Origin: Candidatus Bipolaricaulota bacterium
Lineage (GTDB): Bacteria; Bipolaricaulota; Bipolaricaulia; UBA7950; UBA9294
Reading direction: 5' to 3'
NCBI GenBank assembly: GCA_022711155.1
Contig: JAKLFO010000002.1
Coordinates: 1 to 39,943 of the forward strand
Length of the DNA stretch: 39,943 nt
Under the pieces are notes generated by a model, which was given only the letters and a program-made list of their open reading frames with translations, did no database searches and was not told the origin of the DNA. The translations under genes and the position numbers were made by a program. This document shows, piece after piece, positions 7,201 to 15,764 of this stretch; positions within the stretch are counted from its first letter, which is position 1; every line of letters begins with the position of its first letter.

Positions 7201-10107
7201 TTGGACCTCTTGAGCGATCTGAACCCGCGGCAGCTCGAGGCCGTTACGCACGCAGACGGCCCTCTCCTCATCGTCGCCGGCGTGGGTACCGGGAAGACCA
7301 CGGTGATCACGCGTCGCGTCGCGTGGCTCATCGCAGAGAAGCGGGTTCGCCCGGCGGAGATCCTCGCCCTCACGTTCACGGACAAGGCGGCGGCCGAGAT
7401 GGAGGAGCGCGTCGACCGTCTCGTGCCGTACGGCTACGTCGAAGCGAACATCGGGACGTTCCACTCGTTCTGCGATCGCCTGTTGCGCGAGAACGCCGTG
7501 CTCCTCGGCTTGGCCCCCGACTACCGCATTCTGACCGAGGCGGAGCAGGCGATCTTCCTCAAGGAGCACCTGTTCGACCTCCCGCTGCGCCGCTTTCGCC
7601 CCCTGGGAAACCCTCTTCACAGCCTGAACGCCATCCTCGCCCTGTTCTCCCGCGCCAAGGACGAGGACGTCACGCCCGGCGACTACGCCGCTTACGTCGG
7701 GGCGCGCGCGCACCAGGCTGCGGCCGCCGGAGCTGAGGCGGAGTTCGCCGACGAGACGGAACGCCAAGCCGAGCTGGCCGAGACGTACGCCGCGTACCAG
7801 GCGCTGCTCGCGCGGCACGGCTTCGTCGACTTCGGCGACCTCATCACGCTCTCGTTGCGCCTCCTCCGCGAGCAGCCGGGCGTCCTCGCCCGCGTCCAGC
7901 GCCGATACCGCGCGATTCTCGTCGACGAGTTTCAGGACACGAACTACGCCCAGTTCGAGCTGGTACGCCTCCTGGCTGCGAACAGGAACATCACGGCGTG
8001 CGGTGACGACGACCAGTCGATCTACAGGTTCCGCGGCGCGGCTATCTCCAACATCCTCGGGTTCCAGGACGCGTATCCCGACGCTGACCTCGTCGTGCTG
8101 GAGGAGAACTACCGCTCGACCCAGGAGATCCTCGACGCGGCGTATCGGCTCATCCAGAACAACAACCCGGACCGACTCGAGGTGCGAAGCTCGATCTCGA
8201 AGAGGCTGCGCGCCGCCTCGGGCGCGGGGCGCCCGCCCCGTCAGATCCACTTCGCGACCCAGGACGAAGAGGCGGACTTCGTCGCGGCGGAGATCCGCGA
8301 GCGCCACGACCGCGAGTCGCGCCGCTACTCGGACTTCGCGATCCTCGTGCGTTCCAACGCGGCAGCGACGAACTTCCTGCGCGCACTCAACATGTCCCAC
8401 GTCCCTTGGCGCTTCTCCGGGAGCCGCGGGCTCTACGACCAGGAGGTAGTCCGCGCGGCGATCGCCTTCCTGCGCGTGCTCGCCGACCCGCGCGACGACA
8501 TGTCGCTCCACTACCTCGCCAGCTCGCCCCTGTACAACCTCGACCCCGAGGTACTCGCCCGCGCCGCGGCCCACGCTCGGGGGCAGCACGTCCCTCTCCT
8601 CGACCTCCTGCGCTCGACGCGCGGCGGGCCGTCGCCGTTCCCCATCGGAGCGGACGACGACGCCACGGTGTCCCGTCTCGTCGGCGACCTATCCGCGATG
8701 ATCGCCGCGTCGACGCGCGAGCCGACCGGCGAGGTGCTGTACCAGTACCTGTCGACGCAGACGGGGACCATCGAGCGTCTCTCGAACTCGAGCGAGCCGG
8801 CCGACGCGCTCCGCGTCCAGCACCTGGCTCGTCTGTTCTCGGTCGTCGAGCGCTTCAGCGCCGTCGCCCGCTACGACCGCGTCGCCTGGTTCGTCGACTA
8901 CATGGACGCGCTGATCGAGGCGGGCGACAACCCGCCCGTCGGCGACGCCGCGCTCGAGGCCGACGCCGTCCCCGTCATGACCATCCATCAGGCGAAGGGG
9001 CTCGAGTTCCCTGTGGTCTTTCTCGTCGACCTCGTCGCCGGACGCTTCCCGTCGGCCGACCGTCACGATCCGTTGCCGCTTCCGGACGAGCTGCTCAAGG
9101 AGAAGTCGGCCGGCGGAGACTTCCACCGCCAGGAGGAGCGACGGCTCTTCTACGTCGCGATGACCCGGGCGCGCGAAGACGTCTACTTCACGAGCTCCCA
9201 AGACGTGGGCGGGAAGCGCGCGCGCAAGCCGAGCCTGTTCGTGTCGGAAGCGCTCGACCTCGACGCCAGCGAGTTGCGCCTTGCGGCAAGCGAGCCGCTC
9301 GCGCCGGTGAAGCGCCGCGAGCGGGCCACCGCGCCCGAGCCGACGCCCCCTCCTCGCGCCGACGATGGCCAGTTGTCTCTCAGCTTTCGCCAGGTCGACG
9401 ACTACCTCACGTGCCCGCTCCGCTACCGATACGCGCACGTTCTCCGCATCCCCGTGCGCCTGCACCACGCTCTCGTCTACGGGAACGCCGTCCACCAGGC
9501 GATTCGTCTCTACAACCTGAACGCGAGCTCCGGGCGCGCGACGCCGCTTGAGAGCCTCCACGAGGTCTTCCGCAGCCACTGGCGTTCCGAGGGCTTCCTC
9601 ACGCGCCAGCACGAGGAGCTTCGGCTGGCGGAGGGCCTCGAGGCTCTGGCCGCATTCCACGCCCACGAGGAGGCAGAGGCGATCACGCCCGACTACGTCG
9701 AGCGCCGCTTCTCGCTCGTCGACGGCGACCTGCGGCTCGTCGGCGCGTTCGACCGCATCGACCTGCTCGCGTCCGGCGGACGCCTGATCGACTACAAGAC
9801 GTCGTCGCCGCTGTCGCCCGAGGAGGCCGACGCGCGGACGAAGGACAGCCGACAGCTCGCGATCTACTCCCTCGCCTTCGCCCGCCTGTTCGGCCACCTG
9901 CCCGCTTCGGTGGAGCTTCGTTTCCTCTCCCCCACCCTCGTCGTCGGACACGCGACTCCCACGGATCGCACGGTCGACCGAGCGCAGACGGAGATCGATG
10001 AAGTGGCCCACGGGATCCGCTCGGCCGAGTTCCGCGCCGAGCCGACGTACCAGGCGTGCCGGTTCTGCCCGTACGCCGGCCTCTGCCCCTCCCGCCGCGC
10101 CGACTAG
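7201..10107 (+). CDS. UvrD/PcrA-type SF1 helicase fused to a C-terminal PD-(D/E)XK nuclease with a Cas4/AddB-type 4-Cys cluster
   Basis: TTG start at 7201 is preceded by AAGGAG. The N-terminus LNPRQLEAV..AGVGTGKTT carries helicase motif I, with DEFQDT and VMTIHQAKGLEF also present. The C-terminus has C-x(n), FDRID, IDYKTS (D-x-K), QLAIYSL and CRFCPYAGLC (CxxCx5C). Confidence 0.85.
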   Translation: MDLLSDLNPRQLEAVTHADGPLLIVAGVGTGKTTVITRRVAWLIAEKRVRPAEILALTFTDKAAAEMEERVDRLVPYGYVEANIGTFHSFCDRLLRENAVLLGLAPDYRILTEAEQAIFLKEHLFDLPLRRFRPLGNPLHSLNAILALFSRAKDEDVTPGDYAAYVGARAHQAAAAGAEAEFADETERQAELAETYAAYQALLARHGFVDFGDLITLSLRLLREQPGVLARVQRRYRAILVDEFQDTNYAQFELVRLLAANRNITACGDDDQSIYRFRGAAISNILGFQDAYPDADLVVLEENYRSTQEILDAAYRLIQNNNPDRLEVRSSISKRLRAASGAGRPPRQIHFATQDEEADFVAAEIRERHDRESRRYSDFAILVRSNAAATNFLRALNMSHVPWRFSGSRGLYDQEVVRAAIAFLRVLADPRDDMSLHYLASSPLYNLDPEVLARAAAHARGQHVPLLDLLRSTRGGPSPFPIGADDDATVSRLVGDLSAMIAASTREPTGEVLYQYLSTQTGTIERLSNSSEPADALRVQHLARLFSVVERFSAVARYDRVAWFVDYMDALIEAGDNPPVGDAALEADAVPVMTIHQAKGLEFPVVFLVDLVAGRFPSADRHDPLPLPDELLKEKSAGGDFHRQEERRLFYVAMTRAREDVYFTSSQDVGGKRARKPSLFVSEALDLDASELRLAASEPLAPVKRRERATAPEPTPPPRADDGQLSLSFRQVDDYLTCPLRYRYAHVLRIPVRLHHALVYGNAVHQAIRLYNLNASSGRATPLESLHEVFRSHWRSEGFLTRQHEELRLAEGLEALAAFHAHEEAEAITPDYVERRFSLVDGDLRLVGAFDRIDLLASGGRLIDYKTSSPLSPEEADARTKDSRQLAIYSLAFARLFGHLPASVELRFLSPTLVVGHATPTDRTVDRAQTEIDEVAHGIRSAEFRAEPTYQACRFCPYAGLCPSRRAD

Positions 10108-10445
10108 ACGGACGCGCCGGCGAGCGGCACGATGTGGTCGGCCCACAGGGAGTCGATGTCGTAGAAGCTGCGCGCCTCCCGCTCGAAGACATGGATCACG
10201 ACGTCGCCGTAGTCGAGGATGATCCAGCGCCGCTCGTTCAGCCCCTCCGTGTGGGCGGGGCGCTCGGGCAGCGCCTCACGCAAGGCGGTGACGAGCGCTT
10301 TGGCGTGGACGGGATTGTCGGCCTCCACAATGAGGAAGTAGCTCGTCGGGATCGACACGTCACGTAGGTCGATCGCCACGATTCCCTCGCCCTTCTTGTC
10401 CTCCAAGACGTGGGCCGCACGATGCAGCAACGACACCTCGCTCAT
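10104..10445 (-). CDS. rsfS: Ribosome silencing factor RsfS (iojap family)
   Basis: Motifs GIVAIDLRDVSIPTSYFLIV.., WIILDYGDVVIHVF and R.FYDIDSLW are present. I prefer ATG 10445 (GGAG 8 nt upstream, ATGA overlap with the upstream stop) over the GTG at 10454 in the track. Confidence 0.9.
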   Translation of the reverse strand: MSEVSLLHRAAHVLEDKKGEGIVAIDLRDVSIPTSYFLIVEADNPVHAKALVTALREALPERPAHTEGLNERRWIILDYGDVVIHVFEREARSFYDIDSLWADHIVPLAGASV

Positions 10446-11587
10446 CCGTTCCACTCCATTCCCGCGCCGACCACGAGCACAAGATCGGTTCCGACAGGCA
10501 CTTTCGCTCGCAGCGCCTCATAGTGCGTTCCGAATTCCGCCTGTGTGACGACCTTCGCCGCGCCGGGCAACGTATCGCGAAGGATCCACGCCTTCGCCTC
10601 GTCCGTCAAACGCACGATCGTCGTCAGAGCGTACGTGAAAACGTCGGCGTTGCCGACGGCCATGATCTGGAACCCCCGCGCTTCCAGGTACTGGGCCGCC
10701 TTCGTCGCAACCAGTCGGGCGCCGCTCCCGTTGAACACGGCCACCGAGATCGCCTCGGGAGTCAGGAGTTCCTTCGCTCGAATCGCCTTCGCGACGAGCT
10801 GCCGCGTCTCCACGGCGAGGGCGACGCGCCTCCCAACCCCGTCGCGCACGATGACGCTCGTCGGGACTTCCTCCACCTTGAGCGTGTCGCGGCACGCCGT
10901 GAGCCGTCGCCAAAGGCTCACGAGCTCGCTCCGCGGGAGACTCGACCCGACGCGTCGGAAGGCCCGCGCGGAGGTCTCCTCGCCCGCAGCCTCGGCCAAG
11001 AGCGCGCGCAGTCCGCGCTCGCTTCGCTCGGCCGCGGACTCCTTCTCTGATGCCCCGGCAACGTACGCGAGGAATGTGGCTCCGCCTAGCTCCTGCTTGC
11101 CGCGCCCGACGACCAGCGGCTCTTCGACGCCCGCCGCGCGGTACGTGACAACGCCGGGAATCTCGACGGGGATCGGGCCGAACGCATCACAGAACGCCTC
11201 CGCATCGCTCCAGCGCAGCGTCGCGTACCCGGAGACGCGGACCCCGAGGATACTCTCGACGGCGTCGCAGCACGCCGCCCAACCTCGAGACGCGCCGAGG
11301 TCTCCCAGCTCCACGAGCCGGCCGTCGGAGCCCTTGACGGAGAGGTCCGTCGGAATGAGCAAGAAGCAGGCCCCCGTCGCAGCGAGGCTGACGACGCCGA
11401 GGGCGCGGGCTCCGACTCCATCGGGCGTCTCGCCCTGCACGGCCCACAACAGGACTCCGTCTCCGTCCAGCGGCCAGCTGGTTCGGTCCGTGCTCGCAGC
11501 GAAGGCCCATACGAGAAGGCCGGCGACACAGAGAATGGCTCCGGCTGCTCCGTAGAGAACAGTCTTCCGAACCGGGTTTCCCCTCAT
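10442..11587 (-). CDS. Membrane-anchored LCP-like protein with C-terminal LytR_C domain
   Basis: The internal ATG at 11587 (MRGNPVRKTVLYGAAGAILCVAGLLVW, a TM helix) follows GGGGAGGGGG. The C-terminal ISVAVFNGSGARLVATKAAQYLEARGF..VGNAD is LytR_C-like. The central domain assignment is weaker. Confidence 0.7.
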   Translation of the reverse strand: MRGNPVRKTVLYGAAGAILCVAGLLVWAFAASTDRTSWPLDGDGVLLWAVQGETPDGVGARALGVVSLAATGACFLLIPTDLSVKGSDGRLVELGDLGASRGWAACCDAVESILGVRVSGYATLRWSDAEAFCDAFGPIPVEIPGVVTYRAAGVEEPLVVGRGKQELGGATFLAYVAGASEKESAAERSERGLRALLAEAAGEETSARAFRRVGSSLPRSELVSLWRRLTACRDTLKVEEVPTSVIVRDGVGRRVALAVETRQLVAKAIRAKELLTPEAISVAVFNGSGARLVATKAAQYLEARGFQIMAVGNADVFTYALTTIVRLTDEAKAWILRDTLPGAAKVVTQAEFGTHYEALRAKVPVGTDLVLVVGAGMEWNG

Positions 11588-11606
11588 CCCCCTCCCCCTC
11601 GTGTCG

Positions 11607-11635
11607 ACCCTATCACAAGAAGCTCCGCGTGTCAA
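11607..11635 (-). promoter_or_regulatory. Putative promoter for the LCP-rsfS operon: TTGACA, 17 nt, TAGGGT
   Basis: Reverse complement of 11630-11635 is TTGACA and of 11607-11612 is TAGGGT, with a 17-nt spacer. It lies about 20 nt upstream of the ATG. Confidence 0.45.
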
Positions 11636-11651
11636 CTGAAGAGCTCTTCCC

Positions 11652-13046
11652 ATGGCCTTTCCGCGCCCGATGGAAAGCCCGCTCGCGTCCGGTATGCTTG
11701 GGACCATGCGCGGGAACAGCGTTGCACGAGTTGTCCCACCCGGCGCGGGCCGCGGCCGACCTCGCGTTTCGTTCCTCACGCTCGGTTGCCGGGTCAACCA
11801 GTACGAGACGGACGCCATGCGAGCCCAGCTCGGCGCGACGTGCGACATCGTCGACGAGGGCGCCGACGTCTACATCGTCAACGGCTGTTCGGTGACGAGC
11901 CTGGCGGAGAAGAAGGCGCGTCAGGCGGTGCGACGGCTTCGCGCATCCGCCCCGAGCGCGCTCTTTCTCCTCACCGGCTGTCTTGCCGATGCGGTGCTGC
12001 AGGGCATGAGCTCGTTCGAAGCGATGGACCTGATCGCCGCGAGCTCGTGGAAGGTCCGCATCGCGGAGGTCGTCGCCGCGGCGTGGGCCGGACGACGCGG
12101 CGCCCTCGGTCCGCGGGCCGCGGCGCCGCTCGACCTGGAGTCGTCGGCCGGCCCCGCCGACCGTGTCCGCACCCATCTCAAGGTGCAAGACGGCTGCTCG
12201 GGCGCCTGCTCGTATTGCCGCGCTGTTCAGCTTCGCGGCGCCTCGCGCAGCAAGACCCTTACGGCGGCGGCGGCCGAAGCGGACCGCCTGGTCGGCCTCG
12301 GGTACCCCGAACTCGTCGTGACGGGCATCAACCTCGCCGAGTACGCCGCCGGCGACGCACGCCTTCCCAACCTCCTGGCCCGCCTCCTCACTGTGCCCGG
12401 CCTCGTTCGCCTGCGCCTCGCTTCGCTGAATGTGACGGGCATCACCGATGCGCTCCTCGACGTCTTCGCCGCGGATCCGCGGCTGTGCCCACACTTCCAC
12501 ATTCCCCTGCAGAGCGGCGACGACGGCGTGCTCCGCGCGATGCGCCGTCTCTACAGCGCGCGCGACTACTGCCAGGCCGTCGCACGGATACGCAGACGGC
12601 TGCCCGGCGCCACGTTCGGGTCGGACGTGATCGTGGGGTTCCCCGGCGAGGACGAGCGAGCGTTCGCCCGGACGTGCCGGGTCGTGGAGGAGGTGGGCTT
12701 CTCGAACCTCCACATCTTCCGCTTCTCGCCGCGCCGCGGCACCGAGGCCGCCGACCTCCCGGGAGTCGTGTCCGAGTCGGCGAAGCGCGAGCGCGCGCGC
12801 GAGCTGTCTCGCGTGGGGGACGAGCAGCGCAAGAGGATTCTTGACGCCCACGTAGGCAGCGCAGAAGATGTCCTCGTGGAAGGGCAGCTCGGCGGCCGCT
12901 TCCACGGCCACAGCGCGGGCTACCTCAGGGTGCAGTTCACTTCACGTCGACTACTCCCCGAAGGCGCGCTGTGCCGCGTGCGCTTCTTCCGCGCCGCGCA
13001 GGACGGACTCGAAGGAGTACATGACGATCAACACGGTGCAGACTGA
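11652..13046 (+). CDS. mtaB: Radical-SAM methylthiotransferase, MtaB-like (MiaB/RimO family)
   Basis: Motifs FLTLGCRVNQYE, ADVYIVNGCSVTSLAEKKARQ and the radical-SAM GCSGACSYC are present, plus a C-terminal TRAM-like domain. The start is uncertain: ATGs at 11652, 11670, 11694 and 11706 all lack a clear SD. Confidence 0.8.
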   Translation: MAFPRPMESPLASGMLGTMRGNSVARVVPPGAGRGRPRVSFLTLGCRVNQYETDAMRAQLGATCDIVDEGADVYIVNGCSVTSLAEKKARQAVRRLRASAPSALFLLTGCLADAVLQGMSSFEAMDLIAASSWKVRIAEVVAAAWAGRRGALGPRAAAPLDLESSAGPADRVRTHLKVQDGCSGACSYCRAVQLRGASRSKTLTAAAAEADRLVGLGYPELVVTGINLAEYAAGDARLPNLLARLLTVPGLVRLRLASLNVTGITDALLDVFAADPRLCPHFHIPLQSGDDGVLRAMRRLYSARDYCQAVARIRRRLPGATFGSDVIVGFPGEDERAFARTCRVVEEVGFSNLHIFRFSPRRGTEAADLPGVVSESAKRERARELSRVGDEQRKRILDAHVGSAEDVLVEGQLGGRFHGHSAGYLRVQFTSRRLLPEGALCRVRFFRAAQDGLEGVHDDQHGAD

Positions 13047-13995
13047 GATCACATTCCGCGATGACGCGGAAGCCGCCGCCCTCTTCGGCCAGTACAACCG
13101 CAATCTCAAGGAAATCGAGAAGGCGTTCGACGCGAAGATCGTCGCGCGCGGCGAGACGGTCCGCATTCAGGGCCTGCCAGACGAAGTTGAGAGGGTCCGC
13201 GGCCTGTTCGAGAAGCTCATCGCGCTCGTCGAGAAGAATCACTGCCCGTCGGTGTCCGACGTCCGGTACCTGATCGAGCAGGTCAAGGCCGGCGTCGGCG
13301 TTCAATCTGTCCTCTCCGACGTCGTGCGGGTCACCCATTGGGGCGAGGAGATCCGCGCGAAAACGGTGGGCCAGCACCGCTACGTCCAGGCGGTTCGCGA
13401 CAGCGACGTTGTGTTCGCAATCGGCCCCGCCGGCACGGGAAAGACGTACCTCGCGGTGGCGCAGGCGATCGACTACCTGAAGCGCGAGAAGGTGAAGCGG
13501 ATCATCCTGACGCGGCCGGCCGTGGAGGCCGGCGAGGAGCTCGGCTTCCTGCCAGGGGACATTCAAGCGAAAGTGAGTCCGTACCTGCGGCCGCTCTACG
13601 ACGCCATGTTCGACATGATCCCGGCCTCCGAGTTCGAGAAGCTCACCGAGTACGGAAAGATCGAGATGGCGCCGCTCGCCTTCATGCGCGGGCGGACGCT
13701 CAACAACAGCTTCGTCATCCTCGACGAGGCCCAGAACACGACCTCGACGCAGATGAAGATGTTCTTGACGCGCCTCGGATTCAACTCCAAGGCAATCATC
13801 ACGGGGGACATCACCCAGGTCGACCTCGAGGAACACGTGTCGGGACTCATCTCTGTCCAGGCCGTGCTCCGCGGGATCGACGGCATCTCGTTCGTCTACT
13901 TCGACAAGACGGACGTCGTGCGTCACCCGCTCGTGGCGCGCATCATCGAGGCGTACGAGCAGCACGAGAAGCAGGCCCAGGGTGGCGCGTCCTAG
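13021..13995 (+). CDS. phoH: PhoH-like ATPase (YbeZ family)
   Basis: ATG at 13021 follows GAAGGAG. Walker A GPAGTGKTY and FVILDEAQNTT are present. It overlaps the mtaB 3' end by 26 nt. Confidence 0.9.
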   Translation: MTINTVQTEITFRDDAEAAALFGQYNRNLKEIEKAFDAKIVARGETVRIQGLPDEVERVRGLFEKLIALVEKNHCPSVSDVRYLIEQVKAGVGVQSVLSDVVRVTHWGEEIRAKTVGQHRYVQAVRDSDVVFAIGPAGTGKTYLAVAQAIDYLKREKVKRIILTRPAVEAGEELGFLPGDIQAKVSPYLRPLYDAMFDMIPASEFEKLTEYGKIEMAPLAFMRGRTLNNSFVILDEAQNTTSTQMKMFLTRLGFNSKAIITGDITQVDLEEHVSGLISVQAVLRGIDGISFVYFDKTDVVRHPLVARIIEAYEQHEKQAQGGAS

Positions 13996-14024
13996 CCGGC
14001 GCCTCGCCACGGGAGGGGAGGCTC

Positions 14025-15065
14025 ATGTTCTCGATTCGTGAGGCTGTGCCCGACGACAACGACGCGCTGTTGCGTCTCGAGGCCGCGAGCCCTCAAGGCA
14101 CGGGAATCTCCATCGTCATCGACCGCGCCGACTACTTCTATCGGTCGCGCATGCACGATCGCGCCCGCGTCCTCCTCGCCACGGAGAACGACCGCGTCGT
14201 CGGGATCATGGCGTACGCCGTGAAGGACGTCCTGATCGATGGCGTGCCGGAGCGCGCCGCGTACTTCTACGACCTCCGCGGCGACGCGGAGTATCGGCGA
14301 AGCATGAAACGCGGCCTGCTACGGCTCTGGAACGCCGCGCACGACGAGATGAAGGCCGCTGGAGCCGTTTTCGTCTACGGGCACGTGAAGTGCGACAACT
14401 TCGATTCGATGAACATCGTCACGCGCCTCGGAGCGCGTCCCGCGGCGTCGTCCAACATCCTGACCCTGCCGTCGCTGCGGGGGCGCGCGGCCCCACTGGA
14501 TCCGCACCTCGACTCGCTCGACAAGGAAGTGGCGCGGATCGATCGGGCGGTCGGCGAGCGCTCACTGAAGCCCGTCCACTTCGCCGCGGCCTACACGCGC
14601 GGCGCCGAGCTGGGATACCTGAAGGGGATCTACCGTCTTGAGGAGGGAGCATCCTCCGCGCAAGTCAGCGCGTGGGATCTCTCGGGGATCTATCGCGGGC
14701 GCGTCACGCACATGCCTCTCTCCCTGCGAACCCTCGGGACCTTCTTGAACCCGATTGCGCGCGTCCTGCCGACGCCGCGGATCCCCGTGGTGGGACAGAG
14801 GATCGCCTACCTGCAGCTCTTCGACCCCGTGTGCACGGGCCCCAGTGGCCACGCGCTCCTGAAGTCGCTCATCAGCCGGATTCGGCGGCTTGCGTTCGCG
14901 GACGGGATCGACATCCTCACTGTGTTCGCCTACGCCGACGACCCCCTCGTTCGCCTGCCGCGGTACTTCCCGCAGACCGTCCTCCACTACCACACGATGA
15001 TCTTCCCGATCCGCCGCGACGATCTTCCGCAGGGGCCGTTCTACCTCGACATCCGCGACGTCTAG
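14025..15065 (+). CDS. GNAT-family N-acetyltransferase with a ~190-aa C-terminal region of unknown function
   Basis: ATG at 14025 follows GGGAGGGGAGG. The N-terminal ~150 aa has GNAT-like topology (..VVGIMAYAVKD.., RRSMKRGLLRLW..). The C-terminal half carries no motif I recognise. Confidence 0.65.
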   Translation: MFSIREAVPDDNDALLRLEAASPQGTGISIVIDRADYFYRSRMHDRARVLLATENDRVVGIMAYAVKDVLIDGVPERAAYFYDLRGDAEYRRSMKRGLLRLWNAAHDEMKAAGAVFVYGHVKCDNFDSMNIVTRLGARPAASSNILTLPSLRGRAAPLDPHLDSLDKEVARIDRAVGERSLKPVHFAAAYTRGAELGYLKGIYRLEEGASSAQVSAWDLSGIYRGRVTHMPLSLRTLGTFLNPIARVLPTPRIPVVGQRIAYLQLFDPVCTGPSGHALLKSLISRIRRLAFADGIDILTVFAYADDPLVRLPRYFPQTVLHYHTMIFPIRRDDLPQGPFYLDIRDV

Positions 15066-15751
15066 ACCGCGAGGCGGTACCCGAACCCTCGCACGGTCAG
15101 GACGATCTCGGGGTTCGTCACGTCGGCCTCGATCTTCTTGCGCAGGAGATAGACGTACTTCTGAGCGTCCTGTCCGGTCGCGTACGAGGTGTGCCCAGCG
15201 GCGAGCAAGGGCTCGGTCCACAACGCGTCGACGATCTCCTGGCTCGAAAACACCCGTCCTGGAGCCGAAGCGAGGAGCGACAGGAGCGCGTACTCCTTGG
15301 GAGAAAGGGTGACGCGGCGTTCGGCGATCCAGACCTCCTTGCGCTCGTCATCGATGACGAGGCGAGGCCGATGGAGTTCCGGGAAGATGCGCCGCAACAC
15401 GGAGCGGACTCTCGCCCGCACTTCCTCGACATGAAAGGGCTCTTGAATGACGTCGTCCGCTCCGAGATCGAGCGCGCGAACGCGATCACCCAGCCGAGCC
15501 AGGGACGTGAGGATGACGAGGCCCGGCGTCCCGTCCCGTTCGCCCAGCCACTCGAGCAGGTCCCATCCGCCCCGATGGGGGCCGCGGACCGCGAGCTCGA
15601 GCAGCACGAGGTCCGGCTGCAGCGCGGCGATCCGCTCGCGCGAGTCTTCGTCCCACGGGAGGCTCTCGACTCGGTGGCCGTCCTCGGTCAGCCCGCGGAC
15701 GAGCGCATCGTGCGGGTTCGAGTGGCATAGGACGATCTGGGCCGTCTCCAT
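15062..15751 (-). CDS. OmpR/PhoB-family response regulator with an atypical (Asp-less) receiver domain
   Basis: The C-terminal winged helix is canonical (LSPKEYALLSLL.., TVRGFGYRL). In the receiver, the acidic pocket reads CHS instead of DDD, the phospho-acceptor reads LLELA instead of LLDL, and the conserved Lys reads IQEPF instead of KPF. AAGGAG lies 9 nt upstream and overlaps the ftsZ stop. Confidence 0.85.
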   Translation of the reverse strand: METAQIVLCHSNPHDALVRGLTEDGHRVESLPWDEDSRERIAALQPDLVLLELAVRGPHRGGWDLLEWLGERDGTPGLVILTSLARLGDRVRALDLGADDVIQEPFHVEEVRARVRSVLRRIFPELHRPRLVIDDERKEVWIAERRVTLSPKEYALLSLLASAPGRVFSSQEIVDALWTEPLLAAGHTSYATGQDAQKYVYLLRKKIEADVTNPEIVLTVRGFGYRLAV

Positions 15752-15764
15752 AGGGGTCGACTCC

